NCBI RefSeq assembly: GCF_058153355.1 | Contig: NZ_CM177019.1 | Direction: 5' to 3' (one strand) | DNA length: 64,000 bases | Shown: positions 1-9,548 of the stretch, one piece after another | How positions within the stretch are numbered: position 1 is the stretch's first letter | How the letters are laid out: the number at the start of each line of letters is the position of its first letter | The notes under the pieces: model-generated | What the model saw: the letters and a program-made list of their open reading frames with translations, nothing else | Database searches by the model: none | What the model was told of the DNA's origin: nothing | Position numbers and translations under genes: made by a program

Positions 1-289
1 TTGGAATGTTAACGCCTGCAATGACTTCATAATGCTCTTTGTCGACGACAATGCGGCTGGCAGCATTGAACGGGCTGCCTCCCCATGTATCAACGAGAAA
101 CAGCACGCCTTTAGTGGTGTCGAGTTTTGCCAACTGAGCGTTGTACTTTTCAATCAGCGTTTCGGCATTTTCACCTGGAACGAAATCGATCCAGCCGACG
201 TTTTCCTGCTCGCCTAACAGCATTTCTGCCGTTTTAAGCAACTGCTCTGCAGCCCAACCATGTGTGCCTATAACAATAGCAATGGTCAC
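1..289 (-). CDS. manX: PTS mannose-specific EIIAB component, N-terminal part (gene runs off the window start)
   Basis: Minus-strand translation from GTG at 287-289 reads (M)TIAIVIGTHGWAAEQLLKTAEMLLGEQENVGWIDFVPGENAETLIEKYNAQL..., the recognisable ManX N-terminus; divergent from yoaE as in K-12. Confidence 0.85.
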   Translation of the reverse strand, partial: MTIAIVIGTHGWAAEQLLKTAEMLLGEQENVGWIDFVPGENAETLIEKYNAQLAKLDTTKGVLFLVDTWGGSPFNAASRIVVDKEHYEVIAGVNIP

Positions 290-751
290 TTGCTACCTCC
301 TTTATTATCGTTAACACCTCAACGTGCCAGATGTATTTTTGAATCGTCGTCCACAATCGAATCGATTCAGATAAGGGCTACAACAAAAAACCCCTGCGTT
401 TCGCGATTTATTTTAGATATCGAAAAAATTATTTTATGTGATGAAGATCCGTAATTTAACTTTCGATTAGCAGAAATTTCGAAAGGTAAAATATCCTTGT
501 CACATTCGTTTGCAAAGGAAGGTAAATCTTTGCCAAATCAGATGTGTCTCTGATATGTTTAACTCCCGTTTAACAACCATGGAGTATAGGGCAGTAGCCC
601 GCAGTATGGATCGTCACCGACGTCATTTCAGCATCAGGCCTTTTAACGCCTGCCTTTCTGGCACTCTATGCCGCACCTTTCGTTTGCATTTTGTCGTTAC
701 GCCTGCATTATTTCTGGCGTCGAATAGCTATTCCTTAAGCAGGAGCTTGTC

Positions 752-2308
752 ATGGAATTCTTAATGGACCCCTCAATTTGGGCGGGGCTACTCACGCTTG
801 TTGTTCTCGAAATTGTGCTGGGTATCGATAACCTGGTCTTCATCGCCATTCTTGCTGACAAACTGCCGCCAAAACAACGCGATAAAGCGCGTTTGCTGGG
901 ATTATCACTGGCGCTGATTATGCGTCTGGGGCTGCTGTCGCTGATTTCATGGATGGTCACGCTGACCAAACCGCTCTTTACCGTCATGGATTTCTCCTTC
1001 TCCGGACGCGACCTGATTATGTTGTTCGGGGGGATATTCTTGCTGTTCAAAGCAACAACCGAACTGCATGAACGGCTGGAAAACCGCGATCATGATTCCG
1101 GCCACGGTAAAGGCTACGCCAGTTTCTGGGTGGTCGTCACACAGATCGTCATCCTTGACGCCGTCTTCTCGTTGGATGCGGTGATTACTGCTGTAGGGAT
1201 GGTTAACCATCTACCGGTGATGATGGCTGCGGTGGTGATTGCGATGGCGGTTATGCTGCTGGCATCGAAACCGCTGACGCGATTTGTTAACCAGCATCCA
1301 ACGGTGGTGGTGCTCTGTCTGAGCTTCCTGTTAATGATAGGTCTGAGTCTGGTGGCAGAAGGTTTCGGTTTCCACATTCCGAAAGGTTACCTGTATGCCG
1401 CGATTGGCTTCTCGATCATCATCGAAGTGTTTAACCAAATTGCGCGTCGCAACTTTATTCGTCACCAGTCGACTTTGCCGCTGCGAGCGCGTACTGCCGA
1501 TGCCATCCTGCGTTTGATGGGCGGGAAACGTCAGGCCAATGTTCAGCACGATGCCGATAACCCGATACCGATGCCGATCCCGGAAGGCGCGTTTGCCGAA
1601 GAAGAACGTTACATGATTAACGGTGTATTGACGCTGGCGTCGCGTTCTCTGCGCGGGATCATGACGCCGCGCGGTGAAATAAGTTGGGTTGACGCTAATC
1701 TCGGGGTGGATGAAATCCGCGAGCAGCTGCTCTCTTCACCGCACAGTCTGTTCCCGGTATGTCGCGGTGAACTGGATGAAATTATCGGTATCGTGCGTGC
1801 CAAAGAACTGCTGGTGGCGCTGGAAGAGGGCGTTGATGTGGCGGCGATTGCTTCGGCGTCTCCGGCAATTATCGTTCCGGAAACCCTCGACCCGATCAAC
1901 CTGCTGGGCGTGCTGCGTCGTGCTCGCGGGAGCTTCGTTATCGTGACCAACGAGTTTGGTGTGGTACAAGGCCTGGTCACGCCGCTGGATGTGCTGGAAG
2001 CCATTGCGGGTGAATTCCCGGACGCTGACGAAACGCCGGAAATCATTACCGATGGTGACGGCTGGCTGGTAAAAGGCGGTACAGATTTGCATGCCTTGCA
2101 GCAGGCGCTTGATGTTGAGCACCTTGCCGATGACGATGATATCGCGACGGTCGCGGGCCTCGTGATCTCGGCAAATGGTCACATTCCCCGTGTGGGCGAT
2201 GTGATTGATGTAGGGCCACTGCATATCACCATCATTGAAGCCAATGATTATCGTGTTGATCTGGTTCGCATTGTTAAAGAGCAACCGGCGCACGATGAAG
2301 ATGAGTAA
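752..2308 (+). CDS. yoaE: UPF0053 inner membrane protein (TerC-like membrane domain + CBS/CorC domains)
   Basis: 518-aa [37 protein letters not shown]...; length and sequence match my recollection of YoaE; position next to manX. Confidence 0.92.
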
Positions 2309-2311
2309 GCG

Positions 2312-3910
2312 TTAACGTAACGGCATAACGGGCGTGATATGTCCATTATGCCGGGCGGGCGGCGGTTGGCTGCCCGCCAGCCATTTGGGAAAATCATGTA
2401 GCGGCATCGGCTGTGCGTACAAATACCCTTGCAAAATATGCACGCCATGACGGCGCAAATACTTCGCCTGTTCTTGTGTTTCCACACCCTCCGCCACCAG
2501 TTCAATATTCAGTCTTTGCCCCAGTGCGATGATGATATCGGTCACCGTCGAGTTAACCGCGTCAGAACCTATAGCTGCGGTAAATGACTTATCAATTTTC
2601 AGCACGTCAGGACGTAATGTTTCAAGCCAGGAAAATGAACTGTTGCCGGTGCCGAAGTCATCAATCGCCAGTTTGACGTTTTTACGATGCAGCTCGCGGG
2701 CAATCCGATAATCAACATCCAGTAAGGCATCGCGTTCGGTGATTTCGAGGATCAGTTGCTGAATCGGGTGAGCGCTAAACCAGTACTGATTGAGATCTTT
2801 TATCAGCACACCACGGCGAAAATGGCTGGGTGCGACGTTAATGCCAACATGAAACTGACTACTCATTGGGAAAACATGCCGCTGACGGATGGTTTCTGCC
2901 ATCACATAGCGGGTCAGTGGCACAATTAAATGATGTTCTTCCGCGATAGGAATAAACACATCCGGTGAAATCCAGCCCTGACGTGGATTGTTCCAGCGCA
3001 GCAAAATCTCTACACCAATACATTGCTGGCTGCGCGCATTAAGCAAAGGCTGGCAGAACAATTCGAACTCATGTTGCGCCAGGCCCAGATTGATTTCACG
3101 GGAAAAACTCATCCGGTAAGCGGTCGCCAGCCAGGCGATATAGCCCACAAGTAAACTTAGCAGCACCGCCAGCGGTAATTGTGTTGGAAGATAGTGCCAT
3201 GCCAGCGCCGTAGCCCCCGGACCATTAACGTTAATGGTAAAAGGAAAGCGTTGCGAAGAAACATGATAGTTTTCATTGACTTCAGGTTGCGGAAGGGAAT
3301 CTACCAGCCCATTACCATAGAGCAAATGCCGATCGTCCACCGTCAGGCTGGCGCTACTGATTTGCGGCAGTTGTGGCTCAAGCAGCATTGCCGCCAGTAA
3401 GTCGATGTTGATCATCTCCATGACCCCAGCATTGCTACTGCCCGCTGCAGGCGTCCATTGAATCAAAACCGGACTGCCTTTAATCAGGGCATGGTCGGTC
3501 GTCAGTCGTAAAAGTGGTTGCGGTGCAGGAAGTTCAGCCAGAATGTCCACGACGGGCACATTGCGATAACCAAAAATGCTGGAGCAATAAAGTGTGCCGT
3601 CTTGCACCAGGCCAATGGATCGCACAGTTTGGAGTTTTGCCGCCTGTTTACGTAATGGCAAATGGGCGACAGAGCAGGGCAGACCAATTAGCGGAAGTAA
3701 GACTTCGCTACCTGCCTGTAGGGGAAGCAGTACTTTATCTAATTCCTCTACAGCGTGATTGGCGAATTGTACTACCCGTTGTTGATTTAAGTTACGCTGT
3801 GAAATAAATCGCACGCTCAGGGTCGAAGCGAGCGTAACGAGTGCGCAAATCGTACAAACAATCATTCGATTACGGCGATAGGTTTTAATGATCCGTTGTG
3901 CTTTTTGCAT
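2312..3910 (-). CDS. pdeD: c-di-GMP phosphodiesterase, EAL domain with N-terminal membrane/periplasmic sensor
   Basis: ORF 2312-3940; EAL-domain signatures (ELHRKNVKLAIDDFGTGNSSFSWL); start trimmed to ATG at 3908-3910 (MQKAQRII...) giving 532 aa; convergent with yoaE. Confidence 0.85.
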   Translation of the reverse strand: MQKAQRIIKTYRRNRMIVCTICALVTLASTLSVRFISQRNLNQQRVVQFANHAVEELDKVLLPLQAGSEVLLPLIGLPCSVAHLPLRKQAAKLQTVRSIGLVQDGTLYCSSIFGYRNVPVVDILAELPAPQPLLRLTTDHALIKGSPVLIQWTPAAGSSNAGVMEMINIDLLAAMLLEPQLPQISSASLTVDDRHLLYGNGLVDSLPQPEVNENYHVSSQRFPFTINVNGPGATALAWHYLPTQLPLAVLLSLLVGYIAWLATAYRMSFSREINLGLAQHEFELFCQPLLNARSQQCIGVEILLRWNNPRQGWISPDVFIPIAEEHHLIVPLTRYVMAETIRQRHVFPMSSQFHVGINVAPSHFRRGVLIKDLNQYWFSAHPIQQLILEITERDALLDVDYRIARELHRKNVKLAIDDFGTGNSSFSWLETLRPDVLKIDKSFTAAIGSDAVNSTVTDIIIALGQRLNIELVAEGVETQEQAKYLRRHGVHILQGYLYAQPMPLHDFPKWLAGSQPPPARHNGHITPVMPLR

Positions 3911-4040
3911 GCGGGCCACCCTGTAAGCGTATGGCGACAAACGCCTGACGCAACAGTGGAAGTGTAGTGGGGAAAATTACAGCAGACGAGAAAGCAGGGA
4001 TAAATTCGCCCATCCGTTGCAGATGGGCGAGGATAAAGTA

Positions 4041-5405
4041 TTAGTCACACTGGACTTTAATTGCCAGACCACCACGAGACGTTTCGCGGTACTTGGCGTT
4101 CATGTCTTTACCGGTTTCGTACATCGTTTCGATGACTTTATCCAGCGAGACGCGCGGCGCACTGGTGCGACGCAGGGCCATCCGCGCGGCGTTAATCGCC
4201 TTGACTGACGCAATGGCGTTACGTTCAATGCACGGCACCTGAACTTGCCCTGCAACAGGGTCACAGGTCAGACCGAGGTTGTGCTCCATGCCAATTTCCG
4301 CCGCCACACAAACCTGTTCCGGGCTACCGCCCAACAGCTCGGCAAGGCCCGCAGCAGCCATTGAACAGGCAACACCCACTTCGCCCTGGCAACCGACTTC
4401 CGCACCGGAAATAGAGGCGTTCATTTTATACAGTGCACCAATCGCGCCCGCAGCCATAAAGTAACGGGTATAGATGTCCGGGCTAACCGATTCAATAAAG
4501 TGGTCATAATAAGCCAGCACTGCCGGAACAATGCCACAAGCACCGTTGGTTGGCGCAGTTACCACACGACCACCGGCGGCGTTTTCTTCGTTAACTGCCA
4601 GCGCAAACATGTTTACCCAGTCAATGACATTCATCGGATCGTTAGACAGTTTATCGCTGGAAACCAGCATCCGGCGCAGGGCCGACGCACGACGCGGCAC
4701 GCGCAGCGGGCCTGGCAGCACGCCTTCGGTGTTCATTCCGTGATCGATACATGCCTGCATGGTTTGCCAGACATGCGCGAAATACTCGTCGATCTCTTTC
4801 TTGCTGTGCAGCGCCAGTTCGTTCTGCATAGCGAGACCAGACAGCGAATAGCCGCTTTCATTACAGTACGCGAGCAGTTCGGTGGCAGATTTGAACGGAT
4901 ACGGCACGCTCAATTCGTTAGCGGCATCCTGACCAAAGTGTTCTTCATCGACGATAAAACCGCCGCCGATGGAATAATAAGTTTTGCTGTAGACGACTTC
5001 ATCGCCGTTATAGGCGTGGATTTGCATACCGTTTTCATGCAGCGGCAGGTTGCCGTTATGAAAACGCATCCCGTTGTCGCGCGGGAAATCCACTTCATGC
5101 CGTCCCTGTGCCAGCAGCAGACGTTCGCGCTCTTCTACGTCGCGAATAAAACCGGGAATACTGTCGATATCCACGGTGGCAGGTTCGTTACCTGCAAGAC
5201 CCATAATAATGGCGATATCGGTGTGGTGGCCTTTACCCGTCAGCGACAGTGAACCATAAACGTCCACGGCAACGCGAGTAACGCTATCCAGTAAGCCTTT
5301 TTCGACCAGATCATCGACGAACTGTTTACCCGCCTTCATAGGCCCTACGGTATGGGAAGATGAGGGACCAATCCCCACCTTAAACATGTCGAATAGACTA
5401 ATCAC
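4041..5405 (-). CDS. sdaA: L-serine dehydratase 1 (4Fe-4S)
   Basis: 454-aa [29 protein letters not shown]...; full-length match to SdaA by recollection; synteny. Confidence 0.95.
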   Translation of the reverse strand: MISLFDMFKVGIGPSSSHTVGPMKAGKQFVDDLVEKGLLDSVTRVAVDVYGSLSLTGKGHHTDIAIIMGLAGNEPATVDIDSIPGFIRDVEERERLLLAQGRHEVDFPRDNGMRFHNGNLPLHENGMQIHAYNGDEVVYSKTYYSIGGGFIVDEEHFGQDAANELSVPYPFKSATELLAYCNESGYSLSGLAMQNELALHSKKEIDEYFAHVWQTMQACIDHGMNTEGVLPGPLRVPRRASALRRMLVSSDKLSNDPMNVIDWVNMFALAVNEENAAGGRVVTAPTNGACGIVPAVLAYYDHFIESVSPDIYTRYFMAAGAIGALYKMNASISGAEVGCQGEVGVACSMAAAGLAELLGGSPEQVCVAAEIGMEHNLGLTCDPVAGQVQVPCIERNAIASVKAINAARMALRRTSAPRVSLDKVIETMYETGKDMNAKYRETSRGGLAIKVQCD

Positions 5406-5588
5406 GATAATACTCCTGACAAGGTGACTGGACTTCCAGTAACGAACTAATAACAGCGCATAGTGTAAGAGGGAACGCGGCGACTGGCTTAACTATTCAC
5501 ATGAATTAAACTAATCAAAAACCGCGATTTAACTAATATTGCGATGATTGTCTCAAGTAGTGTTTTGTAGATGTAAAGATAAGTATAG

Positions 5589-6167
5589 TCAGGGTTTCAC
5601 ACCAATTTGCAGCGCCAGCTCACGAATTATGCCTGCGGTCATTCCCCATACAAAATACTGTTCATACCAGGACAGCCATACCCGATGTGAATCGCCACGG
5701 CGGTAGATATCTAAAGGGTGATAACGACCCAGATGTAATGCCTGGGCGAGCGGCATTTCAAACACAGCGGAGACTTCATCTTCACTGGCGCGATACGGTA
5801 GATCGGGCGGGATAATGCCGACCACCGGGGTTACCTGGTAGCCAGTTACGCTATCGACGGGCGGCAGCACGCCGATAACTTCAACGGCGGAAGGCGGTAT
5901 AGCGACCTCTTCTTCAGCTTCGCGCAGCGCAGCGGCGATAACTGACGCGTCCGTATCATCCACTGCGCCGCCTGGAAACGCCACCTGTCCGGCGTGTTTA
6001 CGCAGATGAATGGAGCGTTGGGTAAGCAATAACCCTGGCTGTGGTCGGCGTACAATGGGGATCAACACGGCAGCCTGACGATGATTTAACGTTTCCCGGT
6101 TAATTTGCGGGCGCAAAAGTTGAAAGCGCGATAAAAAATCATCAAGCGTCAGGCTACGGTATTCCAC
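5589..6167 (-). CDS. nudL: CoA pyrophosphohydrolase (Nudix family)
   Basis: 192-aa ORF with Nudix box ([25 protein letters not shown]); synteny sdaA-nudL-pabB. Confidence 0.9.
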
Positions 6168-6169
6168 GT

Positions 6170-7531
6170 TTATTTCTCCAGTTGCTTCAGGATACGATTA
6201 ACTTTATCAAAAGTTTCCTGATATTCCGCTTCTTCCTGGCTATCAGCGACAATACCACCCCCAGCGGAACAGTAAATTTGCCCGTTATACGCAGTCAGCG
6301 TGCGGATAGTAATGCTGGTATCCATGTTGCCGCAAAAGCTCAAATAGCCAATGCTGCCGCACCAGGCATTGCGTCGCTGCGGTTCCAGTTCGTCGATAAT
6401 TTCCATAGCCCGTACTTTCGGTGCTCCAGTTATTGAGCCACCAGGAAAAGCTGCGCGCAGCAGATCGCTGGTGTGTAACTGTTCTGGTAGTTGCGCCGTT
6501 ATGGTGCTGACCAGATGATGCACGGCAGGGAAGGGTTCCACCACGAACAGCTCTGGTACTTTTACCGAACCTGCTACGGCAACACGACCGATATCATTAC
6601 GCATTAAATCGACAATCATCAGATTTTCGGCACGATCTTTCGCTGAGTTCGCCAGTTTTTCTGCTTGTTTGCTATCTTCCTGAGGATCGGGCAGGCGTGG
6701 TAGCGTGCCTTTAATCGGGCGGGTCTGGATTTCACTATTATCACAAAGAATAAACCGCTCTGGCGAAAGGCTTAAAATCGCGCCCTGTTCAAGACGTAAA
6801 TAAGCGCTAAATGGCGCGCGGTTGGCCTGATTAAGCTGAAGGAATGCCTGCCATTCATCGCCAGAATAGGTCGCATGGAAACGCTGGGCGAGATTCACCT
6901 GATAGCAATCACCGCTGTGCAGATATTCCTGTACCTGGCGAAATTTTTCGCCGTACAGCTCGCGGGTCATATTGGATTGCCAGTCGGAAGTGAGCGTGAA
7001 ATCTTCCTGCGGCGAGAATTGCTGGCTTTCCAGCCAGGCCCGACGGGCATTGACATCATTATGACTCAGCAAAGAAACTGTTTGACGCTGGTGGTCGACA
7101 ATGAGCGCCCAGTCGTAGATACCCACAGCCATATCCGGCAGAACGATATCTTGCTGCGCAATTTCTGGCAGTGACTCAAAACGGCGGCCCAGATCGTAGC
7201 CAAACAACCCCAGCGCGCCGCCCTGAAATGGCAAATCTTCGTTATGCGCTGGGCGAATGTCTGCGCGATCCAGCACCTGCTGGAGCACCTGTAGCGGGTC
7301 ATCAGTGGTCGTTGTGCGTTTTTCGCTTTCACTAACAACGGTTTCTTTACCGAAAGTGGTTAAAGTGCAAATCGGCTCGGCGACCACAATATCAAAGCGG
7401 CTATATGGATGATCGGCATAGCCGGAGTGTAAAAGCATCGCCCACGGCAGGTGACTTAAGCGGGAGAAATAAAATTCAGCGGCGTCCTGACGCCAGGGTA
7501 AAGTAATCACAGCGGGAGATAACGTCTTCAT
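6170..7531 (-). CDS. pabB: aminodeoxychorismate synthase component I
   Basis: 453-aa [40 protein letters not shown]...; chorismate-binding fold motifs; synteny. Confidence 0.95.
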   Translation of the reverse strand: MKTLSPAVITLPWRQDAAEFYFSRLSHLPWAMLLHSGYADHPYSRFDIVVAEPICTLTTFGKETVVSESEKRTTTTDDPLQVLQQVLDRADIRPAHNEDLPFQGGALGLFGYDLGRRFESLPEIAQQDIVLPDMAVGIYDWALIVDHQRQTVSLLSHNDVNARRAWLESQQFSPQEDFTLTSDWQSNMTRELYGEKFRQVQEYLHSGDCYQVNLAQRFHATYSGDEWQAFLQLNQANRAPFSAYLRLEQGAILSLSPERFILCDNSEIQTRPIKGTLPRLPDPQEDSKQAEKLANSAKDRAENLMIVDLMRNDIGRVAVAGSVKVPELFVVEPFPAVHHLVSTITAQLPEQLHTSDLLRAAFPGGSITGAPKVRAMEIIDELEPQRRNAWCGSIGYLSFCGNMDTSITIRTLTAYNGQIYCSAGGGIVADSQEEAEYQETFDKVNRILKQLEK

Positions 7532-7604
7532 CAGTCCTGACTCTACTGGCTATGTGCCGGGTAGCATGAAATAATTAGCGCCAACAATTTAGCAGGAGTT
7601 AACA

Positions 7605-7784
7605 ATGTTTGCAGGTTTACCTTCACTCACCCATGAACAGCAGCAAAAAGCCGTTGAGCGGATCCAGGAACTGATGGCACAGGGGATGAGCAGCGGCCAG
7701 GCAATCGCGCTGGTGGCAGAAGAGTTGCGTGCTAACCATTCCGGTGAGCGGATTGTGGCGCGATTTGAGGATGAAGACGAGTAA
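7605..7784 (+). CDS. yoaH: UPF0181 small protein
   Basis: 59-aa ORF below the track cut-off: ATG at 7605, [62 protein letters not shown] at 7782-7784; SD-like AGGAG upstream. Confidence 0.85.
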
Positions 7785-7790
7785 CACAAA

Positions 7791-8243
7791 ATGATCCGTA
7801 TCGATTTCGTCACGGATGACGCCCTGTATCTTGATACGGATAGCCTCATCGGCTGGGATTTTTCCGGCATGAACTTACATCGTGCCATTTTTGACGGTAC
7901 GTGCCTGGACGGCGCGCGGTTTAATCATGCGCATCTGCGTAATATCAGTTTTATCAACGCGTCCCTGATTGGGGCCGACCTCTCGTCCAGCGCACTGATG
8001 TGTGCCTGGTTCAACAGCGCCGATCTGACCAATTGTAATTTTGCTCAGTCACGACCCATTGATGCTGATTTTAGGCATGCACGACTTTGTGGGGCAGATT
8101 TTACCGACACCGATTTAAGAGGTGCTAATTTTTCATCGACACATCTTCAGAATGTTTGTTTTAACGGGGCGCATTATGACAAACGAACTGTCTGGCCCGC
8201 AGAGTTTTATCCAAGGATTAACGGGGCTGTGTTGGTTGATTGA
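7791..8243 (+). CDS. pentapeptide-repeat protein (uncharacterized)
   Basis: 150-aa ORF with tandem A(D/N)LXX pentapeptide repeats (ADLSSSALMCAWFNSADLTNCNFAQS...GADFTDTDLRGANFSSTHLQNV); ATG only 6 bp after the yoaH stop, suggesting co-transcription. Confidence 0.7.
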   Translation: MIRIDFVTDDALYLDTDSLIGWDFSGMNLHRAIFDGTCLDGARFNHAHLRNISFINASLIGADLSSSALMCAWFNSADLTNCNFAQSRPIDADFRHARLCGADFTDTDLRGANFSSTHLQNVCFNGAHYDKRTVWPAEFYPRINGAVLVD

Positions 8244-8332
8244 ATTTGGCGGGGTTTATGATGGCAAGAAAAAGACGCTTTTATGTGGTCAACAAAAGCG
8301 CCCTGGTCAATTTTTGCTGATAGAGAATTAAC

Positions 8333-8632
8333 TCAAACCAGTGCTTTGAGTTCTTCCTGCATGTACGACGAAAAGTATTCTGGGTTTTTAATCACAATAC
8401 GTTCACCAGACTCCATTTTTTTTGCCCATCCCACCATTTTTTCCGTGAATCCAGGATTCCAGCCTTCCTGATCGGCTCGCGCAGTAATATCGGCGGAACT
8501 GGCGGGTACACCCAGGTCATGCAAATATTTAAATATTCCCTTCGCCGTACTTTCATTCATAGAACTTGGTGTTGATGCTGATACATCCATGGCACCAATA
8601 AAATCCAGAGCTTTATCTATTACTGCAGGCAT
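8333..8632 (-). CDS. yoaC: DUF1889-family protein
   Basis: ORF 8333-8656; start placed at ATG 8630-8632 (MPAVIDKALDFIGAMDVSASTPSSMNESTAKGIFKYLHDLG...) giving 99 aa, the length I recall for YoaC. Confidence 0.8.
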   Translation of the reverse strand: MPAVIDKALDFIGAMDVSASTPSSMNESTAKGIFKYLHDLGVPASSADITARADQEGWNPGFTEKMVGWAKKMESGERIVIKNPEYFSSYMQEELKALV

Positions 8633-8984
8633 ATTCTTTTCCTTAAAATTAACCATGTGAACAATAAGGCTATATATGACCTTAAATTGCGTCCAATATC
8701 AAAGGGATTATAACGATATCTCATTAGTTAACCTATTGACATTCAGGTGTTTTAAAGGTAGCAGGTCATAGTCTGTTATGTAGTGATGTACCGCAAATTA
8801 ACTGTAAATAGAAACGCTTCAGCCCAGGTTTTCAAGCAAGAAAGATAGCAAGAAGAAAACCAAAGTAGGCTAATCAGGGAGTTAGCATAATAATTTGATT
8901 TTGCTGATTAATATCAATTGTGTATAAATAACAACGAATCGATAAAAATAAAGAATAAATGACCTGAAGGGGTATTACACATCT

Positions 8985-9016
8985 AAAACACTGACCGTTT
9001 TATTCAAAGTCGGCCA
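8985..9016 (-). terminator. stem-loop downstream of yoaB (possible bidirectional terminator)
   Basis: cactgaccg...cggccagtg inverted repeat followed on the minus strand by a short U-run; sits about 60 bp 3' of the yoaB stop. Confidence 0.3.
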
Positions 9017-9072
9017 GTGTTTTCGATAAATTATTGTGCGACTTTTGCCGTGACAGAATTCTTTTTCTGAAA

Positions 9073-9417
9073 TTAAACCGCCGCGATAATCTTAATTTCA
9101 ACCTTGTACTTCGGGTTCATCAAACCCGCTTGTACCGTGCAGCGCACCGGCGCATGACCCGCGACAACCCAGGCATCCCACGCTTTATTCATCGCCGCGA
9201 AGTCGTTTTTATCAGCCAGGAAAATGGTGGCATCCAGAATGCTCGATTTATTGCTGCCCTGTTTTTCCAGCACGGCGTCAATCTGCGCCAGCGTGTTGGC
9301 GGTTTGCTCAAAGGCATTGGCGTCGAGGTTTTCCGGTACACCAGTGTAGTAGAGCGTGTTGTTGTGGATTACTACATCAGACCAGCGGGCTTCAGCATCG
9401 ATACGAACGATAGTCAT
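9073..9417 (-). CDS. yoaB: RidA/YjgF/TdcF-family protein
   Basis: ORF 9073-9465; start at ATG 9415-9417 (MTIVRIDAEARWSDVVIHNNTLYYTGVPENLDANAFEQTANTLAQIDAVLEKQGS...) giving 114 aa. Confidence 0.85.
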   Translation of the reverse strand: MTIVRIDAEARWSDVVIHNNTLYYTGVPENLDANAFEQTANTLAQIDAVLEKQGSNKSSILDATIFLADKNDFAAMNKAWDAWVVAGHAPVRCTVQAGLMNPKYKVEIKIIAAV

Positions 9418-9524
9418 CATTTTGTCCTCATTATCCTTCCATTTTCGTGCTGCAAAGACTGCCACAATGTGAGGTCGCCGTCACCACTTCAACTGGCGAA
9501 AGCGCCCTCATCCTGACATAATCC

Positions 9525-9540
9525 CTGTTCAAATCAACAG
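9525..9540 (+). promoter_or_regulatory. LexA (SOS) box immediately upstream of yoaA
   Basis: CTGTTCAAATCAACAG fits the CTGT-N8-ACAG LexA consensus, 9 bp upstream of the yoaA start; yoaA is a known SOS-regulon gene. Confidence 0.6.
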
Positions 9541-9548
9541 GGGGTAGT

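Noticed and set aside
260-764. Short plus-strand ORFs (260-454, 510-764) in the manX-yoaE divergent intergenic region
   Set aside because: No SD, overlap the expected manX/yoaE promoter and operator region, and translations are low-complexity; treated as non-coding regulatory DNA. I also looked for a clean CRP or Mlc/NagC operator here but could not place one confidently enough to annotate.
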